DNA of 64,000 bases from an uncultured Candidatus Saccharibacteria bacterium (GTDB taxonomy: Bacteria > Patescibacteriota > 4484-211 > JAGQKX01): positions 73,042 through 137,041 of the forward strand of contig CAYMOT010000001.1 of assembly GCA_964392315.1 (NCBI GenBank), written 5' to 3'. The position numbers were made by a program, and so were the translations under genes. The notes below the pieces were generated by a model that searched no databases, was not told the origin of the DNA, and saw only the letters and a program-made list of their open reading frames with translations. Positions 46,125 through 55,459 of this stretch are shown here, piece after piece (the stretch's first letter is position 1; each line of letters begins with the position of its first letter).

Positions 46125-47982
46125 AGATATAAACCTTGACCAATTTGATAGCAAACACGCTCATCCTTCTTCATTTTTTATCTTGAAGACAAAAATCAAG
46201 TTACTGTTTTCCTACGTAGGACATCGCACACTTCATTGGTACCACTCACTTCCTAAGACGATACAAGTAACAGCACTTTCATCCACCACTATTGCAGTGT
46301 TCCTTATGCTCTTAATTTCATATCCAACCATAGCTCCCATGGCAAAAGTCGCTTACTTCAAGGCGACGGGAAAAGATGCCACGATTTTTGGGAATTACAC
46401 AAATGTGCGCTCACAAAATGCGTTAGCAGCCGAAAACTTCCGATCATCGCTTAATCTATCCGCCGACGCAGATGCAGCACCGGCAAAAGATATTGGCGTC
46501 GTCTCCCCCCTCCTTTACTATGCACCCACCCATGATGACTCGCAAATTGTCGTAACAAAAACGCGTACCATAACCGGTGCAGGAATTTCACTTTGTCCCG
46601 ACTATAGCTCATATTATGCAAACTTTGTTGGAGATCAGATAAATGAGTACGCCTACTACAAAAATTACAGTAAATCAAAACTTTCTACGGCTTCAGGGGA
46701 AGTTATCGAACTATATGTAACCAATGATTTGGGTTCGTACGAGTACCGAGGTGGTTCATATGCAGTTCTGCGTGAATTACCAGCAGAAGAGCGAACTGAT
46801 GATACCGATCTGCAAAAATTAAGTCTTGATGCTCCACTCACCAAAGGAGAAAGCATGCCTGTGGAAACAATCGAGCCTGTTGAGCCCATAATGGAGCTTG
46901 TGACCGAACTTAACGCAATTAATCCCGAAACGTACAATCTCGTAACCATAGAAAACCTCAACGGTAAGGACTATTTTGTATACGAATACACCTACGATTA
47001 CTCATGTTCTTCTACTATGGAAGGAACCAATCAGACTTTACCTGCAATTCAGAGAACGTGGATAGACCCGGAAACCTACATGACCGTCAAAGATATCCTG
47101 TATTTCAAGAATGTGAGTGAAACGACCAAGTTGTACGAAACAACAACGGCAATAGAATTTTTGGACCCCTCCCAAAAAGACACATATTTCTCATTTGATA
47201 TAGACACCACCATTAAGGTAATCCCGTACATTTCAGAAGCAGATGTATTCGGCTCATGGCTTGCGAGTAGGTCTGTCCATGCCCTCATTCCTACTGATAA
47301 CACGTATTGGACAATTAGCGGAATAACCTCAATGCAAGCTATGAATACATTTTATACCGATCAGTCTTCGTATCTCACCGACAGGAGTTTCTATGCAAAA
47401 AATGCGCTCGGTGACTACTATTTCGGAATTTTTAGCACACCATCCTCTTCGATTTCTTACGAAGATAGGGCGCTGATCGAACAAAAGGTATTACTATCTC
47501 TACTTGATGTGTCTGCGAACAACCTCTCGAATGGCACATGGATGAATACCTCAATGTATGACGGCGTCATCGAGGAAAAAACATTGCGGCAATATATGGG
47601 ACTGATCGGAGAAGGTTACACCACCGAACAAACAGCACTCGTGATAAACGGTGAGACTATTCCTGCATCAAAAACTATTTCTACATACGAGCAATATTAT
47701 GAGATCCCCGCAATAGAACCAGCACCAACCGGCTACCCAGAAGACATGCCACGACAAGGAGTTTCGGTAAATCACTATTACTATGCGATTTACAACGGAA
47801 ACACATACTTTGTAACTATTAGTGGTGAGGAGACTCTTGTTTCGAACTTAACCAGTGCCAACCTTGCCTTTACTGATCTCTTTACACAACGTCCAGAGGA
47901 TCTAGAGAAGATAAAAGCGTTGCATAACTCAATGAGGGTATACCCAGAACCACTCCCCCTCGTCGAACCTGCCCGAGAATAA
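46117..47982 (+). CDS. Membrane-anchored large extracytoplasmic protein (putative anti-sigma partner), about 621 aa
   Basis: The ATG overlaps the sigma stop (ATGTATAA). Short cytoplasmic N-terminus, one TM helix (VTALSSTTIAVFLMLLISYPTIA), then about 540 aa outside. No catalytic motif recognised. Confidence 0.5.
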   Translation: MYKDINLDQFDSKHAHPSSFFILKTKIKLLFSYVGHRTLHWYHSLPKTIQVTALSSTTIAVFLMLLISYPTIAPMAKVAYFKATGKDATIFGNYTNVRSQNALAAENFRSSLNLSADADAAPAKDIGVVSPLLYYAPTHDDSQIVVTKTRTITGAGISLCPDYSSYYANFVGDQINEYAYYKNYSKSKLSTASGEVIELYVTNDLGSYEYRGGSYAVLRELPAEERTDDTDLQKLSLDAPLTKGESMPVETIEPVEPIMELVTELNAINPETYNLVTIENLNGKDYFVYEYTYDYSCSSTMEGTNQTLPAIQRTWIDPETYMTVKDILYFKNVSETTKLYETTTAIEFLDPSQKDTYFSFDIDTTIKVIPYISEADVFGSWLASRSVHALIPTDNTYWTISGITSMQAMNTFYTDQSSYLTDRSFYAKNALGDYYFGIFSTPSSSISYEDRALIEQKVLLSLLDVSANNLSNGTWMNTSMYDGVIEEKTLRQYMGLIGEGYTTEQTALVINGETIPASKTISTYEQYYEIPAIEPAPTGYPEDMPRQGVSVNHYYYAIYNGNTYFVTISGEETLVSNLTSANLAFTDLFTQRPEDLEKIKALHNSMRVYPEPLPLVEPARE

Positions 47983-48068
47983 CATCAGATTAACGTTCCA
48001 TCTCCTGCATTGCCTTTGCACAAAGGCAGCATCGCTAACGCGGGAGAAGGATAGAAACAGTAGTTCTT

Positions 48069-48743
48069 GTGTGCTATAAAATTAGTATGAATCAACGGGG
48101 AATTATACACATTGCCACAATAGTCATACTCACCGCCGTTATCTTCACCACAATCTTATATTTTAAAAATCAGTCATCTTCGAGTCCTAATCTGCCTGTT
48201 TCGGAATTACCTACAACAACTCCCACTATTGTCACCAAACAAGCCACATTACTACCAACCTCTTCACAGACTCAACTGCCGACAATAACACCCACTAGTT
48301 GGGTAACTACCACGATCATTATCGATACTGTGTATTCAAAGCATCCACTCGCACTAGAATATCCATCCACGGCAACAATATATGAAATAGAGCAGCTGGG
48401 TATGCGTGGATATGGAATCAAAGGTAACGATTTTGAACTTTCTCTAACACCACATACCGAGGTATGGGAAACTGAGCTAAGCGCGGATATAACACCCATA
48501 TTGAACTACTCCCTCGGCCAGCTTTATCGTGTTCAAAGAAAAGGTTTAACAAGTGAATACGTCTATACCAACACAGCGCCTAAATCCGTCCCCTGTACGG
48601 TCGGCGAGGAACAACTGCCTGCACCATGCGGAGCCTGGTATCTTAGTAATGATATTGTAGGGTTGCTCGTCGCAACATGCACTGTAGAACCAGTTGCCGT
48701 CGAGAGCTGCGATAAGATAATGGCCACACTTCGCCCCGCCTGA
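48069..48743 (+). CDS. Membrane-anchored protein with Thr/Pro-rich linker (224 aa)
   Basis: N-terminal TM helix, TTTPTIVTKQATLLPTSSQTQLPTITPTS linker, C-terminal globular domain of about 130 aa with 4 Cys. Confidence 0.45.
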   Translation: MCYKISMNQRGIIHIATIVILTAVIFTTILYFKNQSSSSPNLPVSELPTTTPTIVTKQATLLPTSSQTQLPTITPTSWVTTTIIIDTVYSKHPLALEYPSTATIYEIEQLGMRGYGIKGNDFELSLTPHTEVWETELSADITPILNYSLGQLYRVQRKGLTSEYVYTNTAPKSVPCTVGEEQLPAPCGAWYLSNDIVGLLVATCTVEPVAVESCDKIMATLRPA

Positions 48744-48795
48744 AAGTTGATAAGGTTTCCTTCCTTAAAGACTACGACTTTGTTATAAACGATCA

Positions 48796-49176
48796 ATGAA
48801 ACGATGGGTTCTTAAGTTTGCTTCTTATAAATCCCCTAATGATATATTTGACAAGGTACGCTCTGGTCAAAAGACAATCGAGACACGCCCGCGTAATCCA
48901 AGTAGTACGAAAGACTACTCTAATATTCAGCCTGGAGATATGCTAATCCTTGTTTCTCTTGATACCAAGGAGCAAATAGAAAAAGTCGTCACGTTTGTCC
49001 ATACATACGATTCAGTAGAGGCTATGTCAAGAAACGAAGACGTTCAGAAGATACTACCCGGAATTGATACTCCTGAAAGCCTCCTCGCCATGTATGAAAA
49101 TGTAAAAAAGAAATGGGGACACGATTACGCTCGGAAACTGGAACAGTACGGTATCGTAGCAATTGGATTTAAATAG
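48796..49176 (+). CDS. ASCH (PUA-like) domain protein
   Basis: N-terminal pattern FDKVRSGQKTIETRP typical of the ASCH beta-barrel. 126 aa. Confidence 0.5.
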   Translation: MKRWVLKFASYKSPNDIFDKVRSGQKTIETRPRNPSSTKDYSNIQPGDMLILVSLDTKEQIEKVVTFVHTYDSVEAMSRNEDVQKILPGIDTPESLLAMYENVKKKWGHDYARKLEQYGIVAIGFK

Positions 49177-49193
49177 TAAGGTATACTACAAGT

Positions 49194-49463
49194 GTGTCCA
49201 GAGACATTGAACAAGGAACAATAAAAGTTGCCTGGCTCGAAGAAAAAGCAGAATCAATGAGTTCACGCATGTTTAATACCGTGGAAGAGGCGGAACAATT
49301 TGCCGAAGAAAACAACAAAAAAGACTACCTGATATTCAAACTTCTCGAACAAAAAGACATGGAAGAGTTTAAGTGGGAACTATTGCCCTATGGACGATTT
49401 GGATTATTTAAGAAACTATTCCGAATCTACAAGAACGGATTACTCTCCAAGCTTATGCATTAA
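49194..49463 (+). CDS. Hypothetical protein (89 aa)
   Basis: ORF only. Charged and helical. Confidence 0.35.
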   Translation: MSRDIEQGTIKVAWLEEKAESMSSRMFNTVEEAEQFAEENNKKDYLIFKLLEQKDMEEFKWELLPYGRFGLFKKLFRIYKNGLLSKLMH

Positions 49464-49467
49464 TTAT

Positions 49468-50199
49468 TCACTTATCTGCATGCACTATTATCCAATGTAA
49501 GTCTTCCGCTATAGCATTCTCCACTGAAATCTGTCTTCCTTCTTGCGTCACCTGCACTGAAAAACCTTCCTCTTTAAGGATCGTAACAATCTTACGTAAA
49601 CTGTTTTCTGGTTGATCAGAGCTTCCATGATATTCCATCTTAAGATGGCTAATTTGATAAAGACTGTGCTGTATTTCTTTAAGAATAGTCTGCTCAATTC
49701 CCTGTACATCAAGTTTTATCAAGTCTACAGGGATAGTAAGAAACGAAGAGAGGGTCAAGCCCATTTGAACAGTTGGTTTTGGCTCATACTCAGCTATAAC
49801 TTTTTCCTTTATAACCGACCCACTTAGCGTCCACCAATTATCCAATTCCTGATTAATATAAAACGTTATTTCTCTATTTTTATCGGTAATCGCAGCGTTG
49901 ACCGCCCATACCCCACGTAAGTTGTTTTGAGTAATGTTTCGTTGCAGCAAGGCAAAATTTTCGGGGTGTGGCTCAAAGGCAATAATCCTCGCATCTGGAT
50001 AGAGTGATTTAAAGAAGAGAACACTGATTCCTATATGGCTCCCACAATCTAATATATGCGGGTCTGAATGCGCGGATTCAAAATAATAGTCTTTGTTTTT
50101 GAATATGTCAGTATAAATTTTTTCAAACTCGTACTCGTTAACATATGAAAAAAGGAAACCTTCACGTTCTGTTGTATGTATAGTCAGCTTATCGAGCAT
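49468..50199 (-). CDS. FkbM-family SAM-dependent methyltransferase
   Basis: FkbM signature ILDCGSHIGISVLFFKSLYPDARIIAFEPHPENFALLQRN. 243 aa. Confidence 0.75.
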   Translation of the reverse strand: MLDKLTIHTTEREGFLFSYVNEYEFEKIYTDIFKNKDYYFESAHSDPHILDCGSHIGISVLFFKSLYPDARIIAFEPHPENFALLQRNITQNNLRGVWAVNAAITDKNREITFYINQELDNWWTLSGSVIKEKVIAEYEPKPTVQMGLTLSSFLTIPVDLIKLDVQGIEQTILKEIQHSLYQISHLKMEYHGSSDQPENSLRKIVTILKEEGFSVQVTQEGRQISVENAIAEDLHWIIVHADK

Positions 50200-50424
50200 A
50201 AAAAAGTAGCGCGAGTATATAAGTAATTAACCCAAAGCGCTATAGGCATAAATGTTAGCATTCTAGCATCATTTTTTACTGTCATAGCAAACTGGCTTCT
50301 GGTTTCTGAATCCTAAAAACGAAGTGATTAAATTCGCGATTAATGTAAACTGGCACGAGACACTTTTTGACAGAGTACGCACTGCAAAAACGTGGGTCCG
50401 TATCGCCTAGCTTGTGTTTGGTAA

Positions 50425-50934
50425 TTACTCCACTACCTGAGGTTTGGGAGAGGTCATTGTATACAAGCGGATGGAGACAATTAGTATACATAAAAACAGC
50501 ACTGCACCTACCAAGCACGGTGTTATAAACGGCGATTCGGACGGTCTGCCAGAGCATCCGGTCTGAGAATCAAGAACAAAATACTTATAGAGAGAAAAGC
50601 CGTAATTTCCCCAGGCAAAAAGTGTTCCCGCAAGTGCTAAGAAAAAGATTCTACGCACCCACACAAAGAGACGCTCTACGGGAGACTTCAGTGTTTTATA
50701 CGAAAGGAATGATCCAAGCAAGAACGCAAAAGCGCCGTAAAAACAGGGGGTCGTCACCGGATTAGGATATACGCAGTCGGCGGCTTTGAAAATTGTCCCC
50801 TCCTCGGCATAGAATCGAGCGAAGTCCGTGTATACGGTGTAAAAAGCAAACAGCGTGCCGAGAAAGAAAACACCTAATAGGATTATTCGAAGAGACAATA
50901 GGTTTTTCATATTATCTACCCTGAACCGATCCAC
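50425..50934 (-). CDS. Hypothetical membrane protein with two paired-Cys loops (169 aa)
   Basis: Four TM helices. Loop motifs C-x12-C (CVYPNPVTTPCFYG; CSGRPSESPFITPC) suggest a thiol-redox or DoxX/VKOR-like protein. Overlaps the upstream gene by 23 bp. The alternative 91-aa ORF 50282..50557 is rejected. Confidence 0.45.
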   Translation of the reverse strand: MDRFRVDNMKNLLSLRIILLGVFFLGTLFAFYTVYTDFARFYAEEGTIFKAADCVYPNPVTTPCFYGAFAFLLGSFLSYKTLKSPVERLFVWVRRIFFLALAGTLFAWGNYGFSLYKYFVLDSQTGCSGRPSESPFITPCLVGAVLFLCILIVSIRLYTMTSPKPQVVE

Positions 50935-52021
50935 GAAGCTGATTTGCTACCTTTCTTAGGACGTCAAAGTAAGTGTTTCCTCTCACCCCTCCAATCTTCT
51001 TACCTCCAAAAAACACCTCAACACCTCTTAGCTCCAATCCAGAAATACCAAGCTCATTAAATAATTTCATTAACCTCTGAGAAGTAGGTGATGGTTCAAG
51101 AGATGCTGGTTCATACATTTTTGCGGGATCTAATCTTGTGACCTTATCACGACTAGAAACCGGATCACTAATAACAGTCTTTAGCAAACTCAGTGCACCA
51201 GAGATAGTCTCCTCTGGGATGTTCCTCTTTAATAGACTTCCCCTTACCTCTACCTCAAGCTGCCCTTTTGCCAATTCAACCGCATTGTTCATCAGATATG
51301 CTTCTCTATACAAAATCGGCAAGTTTGCATGTACTGCAGCCTCTGCAATAACGCTATAATATCGCCTTGATCGCAAATCCTCTGCTACACCTACACTAGA
51401 CGCATTTAAATCTTTCAGTATCTGTAATGCTTCTCCCTGTGCTACTTCCAACAAATTACGAGCAACGCGGGAACCATTCGTTAACCCCTGTCTGTTACAC
51501 GCTTCACCTATATACCTTCTCACCTCGCCAAGCACTACTTCCTCTTCGTATGATGCAGAAGCATTACCCTCTGCCCGAAGGTTATTATGCTCATTACGTA
51601 AACGTGCTACCCTAAATTCTGCCTCCTTGCGTGTTTCGGCAACTGGAATTTTTCTACCCCCTTCAATTCTATTGTAGAGAAAAGGTTTCGGAGAAGGGCT
51701 TGCGTCTTCACGGATTACACCGATTTTTTCTGAAAAAGCCGTCATTGCCTGCTCTCTCATATGATCCCGAATTCGAAGATCTCTGCGTGCAGCTTCGGCC
51801 ATTGTCGCTTTTGTTACCACCCTGCCTTCACCTAAAAGTCTACCAACCTGATGAAGGGTGGGTGCAATGGCGACACCGGTTCTGCGCGCCTCAGCGTCAT
51901 CCCCGTCAAAAACGGCCTCCAATATCTGTGGATCTTCTAGGATAGTTCGCACATCACGTGATCTTCCACTCATATCAACGAAATTGTGAAGGTCTGTTTG
52001 TTCAGCACGAACAGGAGTCAT
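50912..52021 (-). CDS. Hypothetical Arg-rich soluble protein (369 aa), no recognisable domain
   Basis: Long ORF with tight operon coupling (4 bp after the upstream gene, 23 bp overlap with the downstream gene). Noticeably more GC/Arg-rich than its neighbours. Confidence 0.5.
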   Translation of the reverse strand: MTPVRAEQTDLHNFVDMSGRSRDVRTILEDPQILEAVFDGDDAEARRTGVAIAPTLHQVGRLLGEGRVVTKATMAEAARRDLRIRDHMREQAMTAFSEKIGVIREDASPSPKPFLYNRIEGGRKIPVAETRKEAEFRVARLRNEHNNLRAEGNASASYEEEVVLGEVRRYIGEACNRQGLTNGSRVARNLLEVAQGEALQILKDLNASSVGVAEDLRSRRYYSVIAEAAVHANLPILYREAYLMNNAVELAKGQLEVEVRGSLLKRNIPEETISGALSLLKTVISDPVSSRDKVTRLDPAKMYEPASLEPSPTSQRLMKLFNELGISGLELRGVEVFFGGKKIGGVRGNTYFDVLRKVANQLRGSVQGR

Positions 52022-52025
52022 GGCA

Positions 52026-54098
52026 TTAGTATACTACCAGCGCAGTGTTGTTCATATATCCCCAAATACTTTTGAATGTATCTATTGTATACGTGAGCTG
52101 GCCGCGCCACGGGTCATTGGTGAGAATATGCGTTGGATTTTCAATGTCTCCAATGTAGCCTCTTATCACCTCTGAATGCATCCCCATATATCCCGTCGCA
52201 CCTGATGGTAATGCGAACGCCCCATACGGTTGGCTGTATCGATTATATTCCCAGATAATTACTGGATTCCCTTTGTGAACCTCCTTCAGCATGTCCGTTA
52301 TATTCCACCCCTGCTTAACTGCAACAGATCGATGATTACTCATATATGCACTTACTGGGCCACTATGCACGCCGTATCCATCTACCCATCCTTGATTGGG
52401 GTCTCCTGAATAGCCTACCCCATCTTTAATAGTTCGCTCGGCGAGATAAACACCACGGTATGCGAGTGCCATACGCATCGCAGAAATATTACAGGTGAAC
52501 GTTTCTTCCTGCCCATAATATGGAATGCCTAACACAAACGTTTTTTGTTTCGTAGTGAATGTACTATTAAACGCTTCAGTACTATCTAGCCCGTGAATAC
52601 TTTTAATACCAGCAGCAACGGCTATCGTGTACTTTGTCATATGACCGAGTTTTCCTGCGGTGGCAAGTATTAAGGTATTATCTTGCCATGAGGTGGCGTA
52701 CTCAACACGAGGTGAAATACTGACCGCCGACGCCGCTGATTCTTGATCTACTGGTTGATCAAACACAATACGTACATTCGCGCTATTTGGATCTATCCCC
52801 GTTGCCCCATTAAGAGGCGAGATATCTGCAACTTTCACCGCACCTATTGTCCCGAAAGGTAGCTCGACACCATCGGGTAACGTGCCACCTTTTAAGCTTT
52901 TTGTTCCTGCCCCAAGGCGCACGGTATATGCGGTTGCCCGTTGCCAACCGTCAATTGGAGCAAATACCATCACTGCATCACTCTCCCATGTTGTCGTGCC
53001 TGCAATTTGAGGATCGATGCTCAAGTGTTCCTCAACACTCACACGGTCCATTTCTTGGTCGAACTCAATCCTGAGCGGGTCATGAGGCAGTGCGGCAGTA
53101 CCTCTCGGAGAGTACTGAGCAATGAGTGGTGTTGCGACCGTTCTGAAAGAAAAAGCTGTAAGAAGCCGTGTTTCTCCCCTGATTCTATCTTCTTTTGTCT
53201 GCGCGTCATAAGATCTACCCGTTTGAAAAATATGTACGGCATACTCTTGGTCTTGTTCCAATGGTTGCGCAAACGAAACTGCTTGTTCAAATCCATGGTT
53301 TGTAATTACAAAGTCACCTACGGACGGCTCAATAATGACTTGAGTATCTACAAAGTCTCCCAAAAGTTCAGTGTATTCGAAACGAAGAACGGTATCAGGA
53401 GCCACCTCCTGCTGCCCATCCTGAGGAAAGACATGAATAAGATTTGGGGTTCTTGGTCCAGTCCATTCGAGCGCCATCTCGTGCGTTGTGTCGTTTCCCA
53501 ATGCTGCAGTAACTCCAACCATATACAACACTACTTTGCTATCCGGGAAAAATGACTCTGCAGGAAGAAACCGTGCTGTCCTATAAAATCCTCCGACTGT
53601 CGGGGCATCCCACATCCATTCACCGTCAATTGTGGGAGATAGATTAAATGTAATGGCATCTTTGTCAACGGGAACAGAAAAAGTAACGACAAAACTGGGT
53701 AGGCTTGACTCAAGTTTGGAATGTGGTTGCGGTGACACATGCTCAATCACTGGAGCCTCGTTGTACAATTGCAATGCAATAAACGCAGCATACGCTATTA
53801 CAACTACCTTTAACACAAAACCGACATCACGAACTGCATGCGTAAACGAAGTATGCCCTTCAAACACATGCTGTGCTTCCGGAAAACGACGTAAATATTT
53901 TCGATATAGACGCTTCCAATAGTGACCGGTGAGCGGAAGAAGGACTAACGCGATAATCAAGAGATAGACCGTCAGAATGAGGCGTTGTTCAAAAGGAATA
54001 TGCTGCAAAGCTAAAGCTTTGACAAGAAGGGAAGAGTCCATGGCATTACAAATAATCGAATTCCGATTATCTATCCTGCCAAACAGTATACACATCAT
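52026..54098 (-). CDS. Membrane-anchored multi-domain protein with Ig-like repeats and C-terminal C39-like (Peptidase_C39_2-type) cysteine peptidase domain
   Basis: N-terminal TM helix. The C-terminal region of about 200 aa (ETFTCNISAMRMALAYRG...GYGVHSGPVSAY...DPWRG) resembles YvpB/C39-like papain-fold domains, with a Cys near its start and His/Asp near its end. Confidence 0.5.
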   Translation of the reverse strand: MMCILFGRIDNRNSIICNAMDSSLLVKALALQHIPFEQRLILTVYLLIIALVLLPLTGHYWKRLYRKYLRRFPEAQHVFEGHTSFTHAVRDVGFVLKVVVIAYAAFIALQLYNEAPVIEHVSPQPHSKLESSLPSFVVTFSVPVDKDAITFNLSPTIDGEWMWDAPTVGGFYRTARFLPAESFFPDSKVVLYMVGVTAALGNDTTHEMALEWTGPRTPNLIHVFPQDGQQEVAPDTVLRFEYTELLGDFVDTQVIIEPSVGDFVITNHGFEQAVSFAQPLEQDQEYAVHIFQTGRSYDAQTKEDRIRGETRLLTAFSFRTVATPLIAQYSPRGTAALPHDPLRIEFDQEMDRVSVEEHLSIDPQIAGTTTWESDAVMVFAPIDGWQRATAYTVRLGAGTKSLKGGTLPDGVELPFGTIGAVKVADISPLNGATGIDPNSANVRIVFDQPVDQESAASAVSISPRVEYATSWQDNTLILATAGKLGHMTKYTIAVAAGIKSIHGLDSTEAFNSTFTTKQKTFVLGIPYYGQEETFTCNISAMRMALAYRGVYLAERTIKDGVGYSGDPNQGWVDGYGVHSGPVSAYMSNHRSVAVKQGWNITDMLKEVHKGNPVIIWEYNRYSQPYGAFALPSGATGYMGMHSEVIRGYIGDIENPTHILTNDPWRGQLTYTIDTFKSIWGYMNNTALVVY

Positions 54099-55428
54099 CT
54101 AAGGTTGCGTACACCACGTTACCGCTATTTTGCGAGTGCAAATAGCCATCAGTGTGAGTTAATACCTGCTCCATCTTTGGCGCGTCAACGTGAAACCATT
54201 CAGGGTGGCTCAAAAATGTAACCACTCGTGGCTCATACAGTACCTCATCATACTGCAAAGTAAAGCGTTCAATTATTTGCTCAGTACTGAAAGCCCATGA
54301 ATCTGCACCGGAGTTCGGAAACTCCCAAAGGCGTGAGGTACCATATATATCGTTTTGGTCATTCAAATTAAGACGGTATGGACCTTGATCTGGCTGAATA
54401 TTCCAGTGCCCTGACACATTATTTTTACCAAATGCATATGCTGTTCGAGCAGACGAATCTATCATAAAGCCAGTATCATGTACCGCACGCAATACCTCTT
54501 CATCAGCGAACCATCCACCTGCTCGATACATGATGGGGGAAGGCAGACGATGCATAGTGAACATATTTTTTGACCATTCAAGCATCTTTACCATGTCATC
54601 ATAAGAATACTCGGATGTTAGAACATCATATCCATCGTGTAGACTTGATCCCCACTTCGCTGCATCTTCACGGACAGTAACCCCTGCCGCTTGTACCATA
54701 TCCGGTTGCATATGTAGGTGAAGTCCAATCGCATCGTTGTTTTTATTGGCACGACTTAACACCCAGTTTGTAAGATATGCTGCGCGCTCCTGAGAAATCT
54801 CAGGGTTCGTGTAAATACGGGGGTTAAAGAAATGAGTTAACGGGAAGTTATCATGGGTTTCTGAAAGTTTTGCTATGGAATCTAAGTACTCGTTTTTAAC
54901 GTCATACCCTTCCCAGTCAAACGTCCATGTTACATACAACGGGTATGAAACTGTCAAAGATATTGGTTCAGATTGCCATTCGCCAACAGTTACAATAACC
55001 GAGTATTTGCCAGGTTCAAATTCTTCTGCGGATAGTACACTTTGGTATATTGTTGTACTTTCCTTTTCAAATTGACCTGAGTGGACCCCACTCCCGGTAA
55101 TATGGTATTCCACTACGGTATTTTGTTCGTTAATAGCATCAACTTGATCTTCTACGAAACGAACTCGCAGCTCTGCTACACCAGTAGTCGGATCTAATGT
55201 ATTTTCTTTCAGTAAAATATTCTGGGATAGCGATATCTCGATTGGCTCTAGATTAACCGCAGTCGTGACCCCACCAACCTGTGGATCTATTACTGGACTT
55301 TTGCTCAAGGGATCGGTGAGTAAGGACGGCACAACAACGATTCCCATCCCTGTAATAATCGTAAGGATAAGAAGTGGGTAATGAAGGGAAAAACTCGATT
55401 TTATAGACGGTTTCATGGTATTTACCAT
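54067..55428 (-). CDS. Polysaccharide deacetylase-like (CE4/NodB) protein with N-terminal Ig-like domain
   Basis: NodB-like motif series: TFDWEGYD (TFDDG-like), HLHMQPD (His pair), YRAGGW (RxPxG-like), DSW, LSHPEW (LxH-like). N-terminal signal anchor. Confidence 0.5.
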   Translation of the reverse strand: MVNTMKPSIKSSFSLHYPLLILTIITGMGIVVVPSLLTDPLSKSPVIDPQVGGVTTAVNLEPIEISLSQNILLKENTLDPTTGVAELRVRFVEDQVDAINEQNTVVEYHITGSGVHSGQFEKESTTIYQSVLSAEEFEPGKYSVIVTVGEWQSEPISLTVSYPLYVTWTFDWEGYDVKNEYLDSIAKLSETHDNFPLTHFFNPRIYTNPEISQERAAYLTNWVLSRANKNNDAIGLHLHMQPDMVQAAGVTVREDAAKWGSSLHDGYDVLTSEYSYDDMVKMLEWSKNMFTMHRLPSPIMYRAGGWFADEEVLRAVHDTGFMIDSSARTAYAFGKNNVSGHWNIQPDQGPYRLNLNDQNDIYGTSRLWEFPNSGADSWAFSTEQIIERFTLQYDEVLYEPRVVTFLSHPEWFHVDAPKMEQVLTHTDGYLHSQNSGNVVYATLDDVYTVWQDR

Positions 55429-55459
55429 GCCGCCATTATACCCTATAGTATAGCTTTTG

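Noticed and set aside
50282-50557. 91-aa ORF overlapping the 3' end of the 169-aa membrane-protein gene (possible frameshifted single gene).
   Set aside because: The 169-aa frame continues through a convincing TM helix to its own stop. The 91-aa frame is hydrophilic and Cys/Thr-rich with no SD, so a frameshift pseudogene interpretation is unnecessary.
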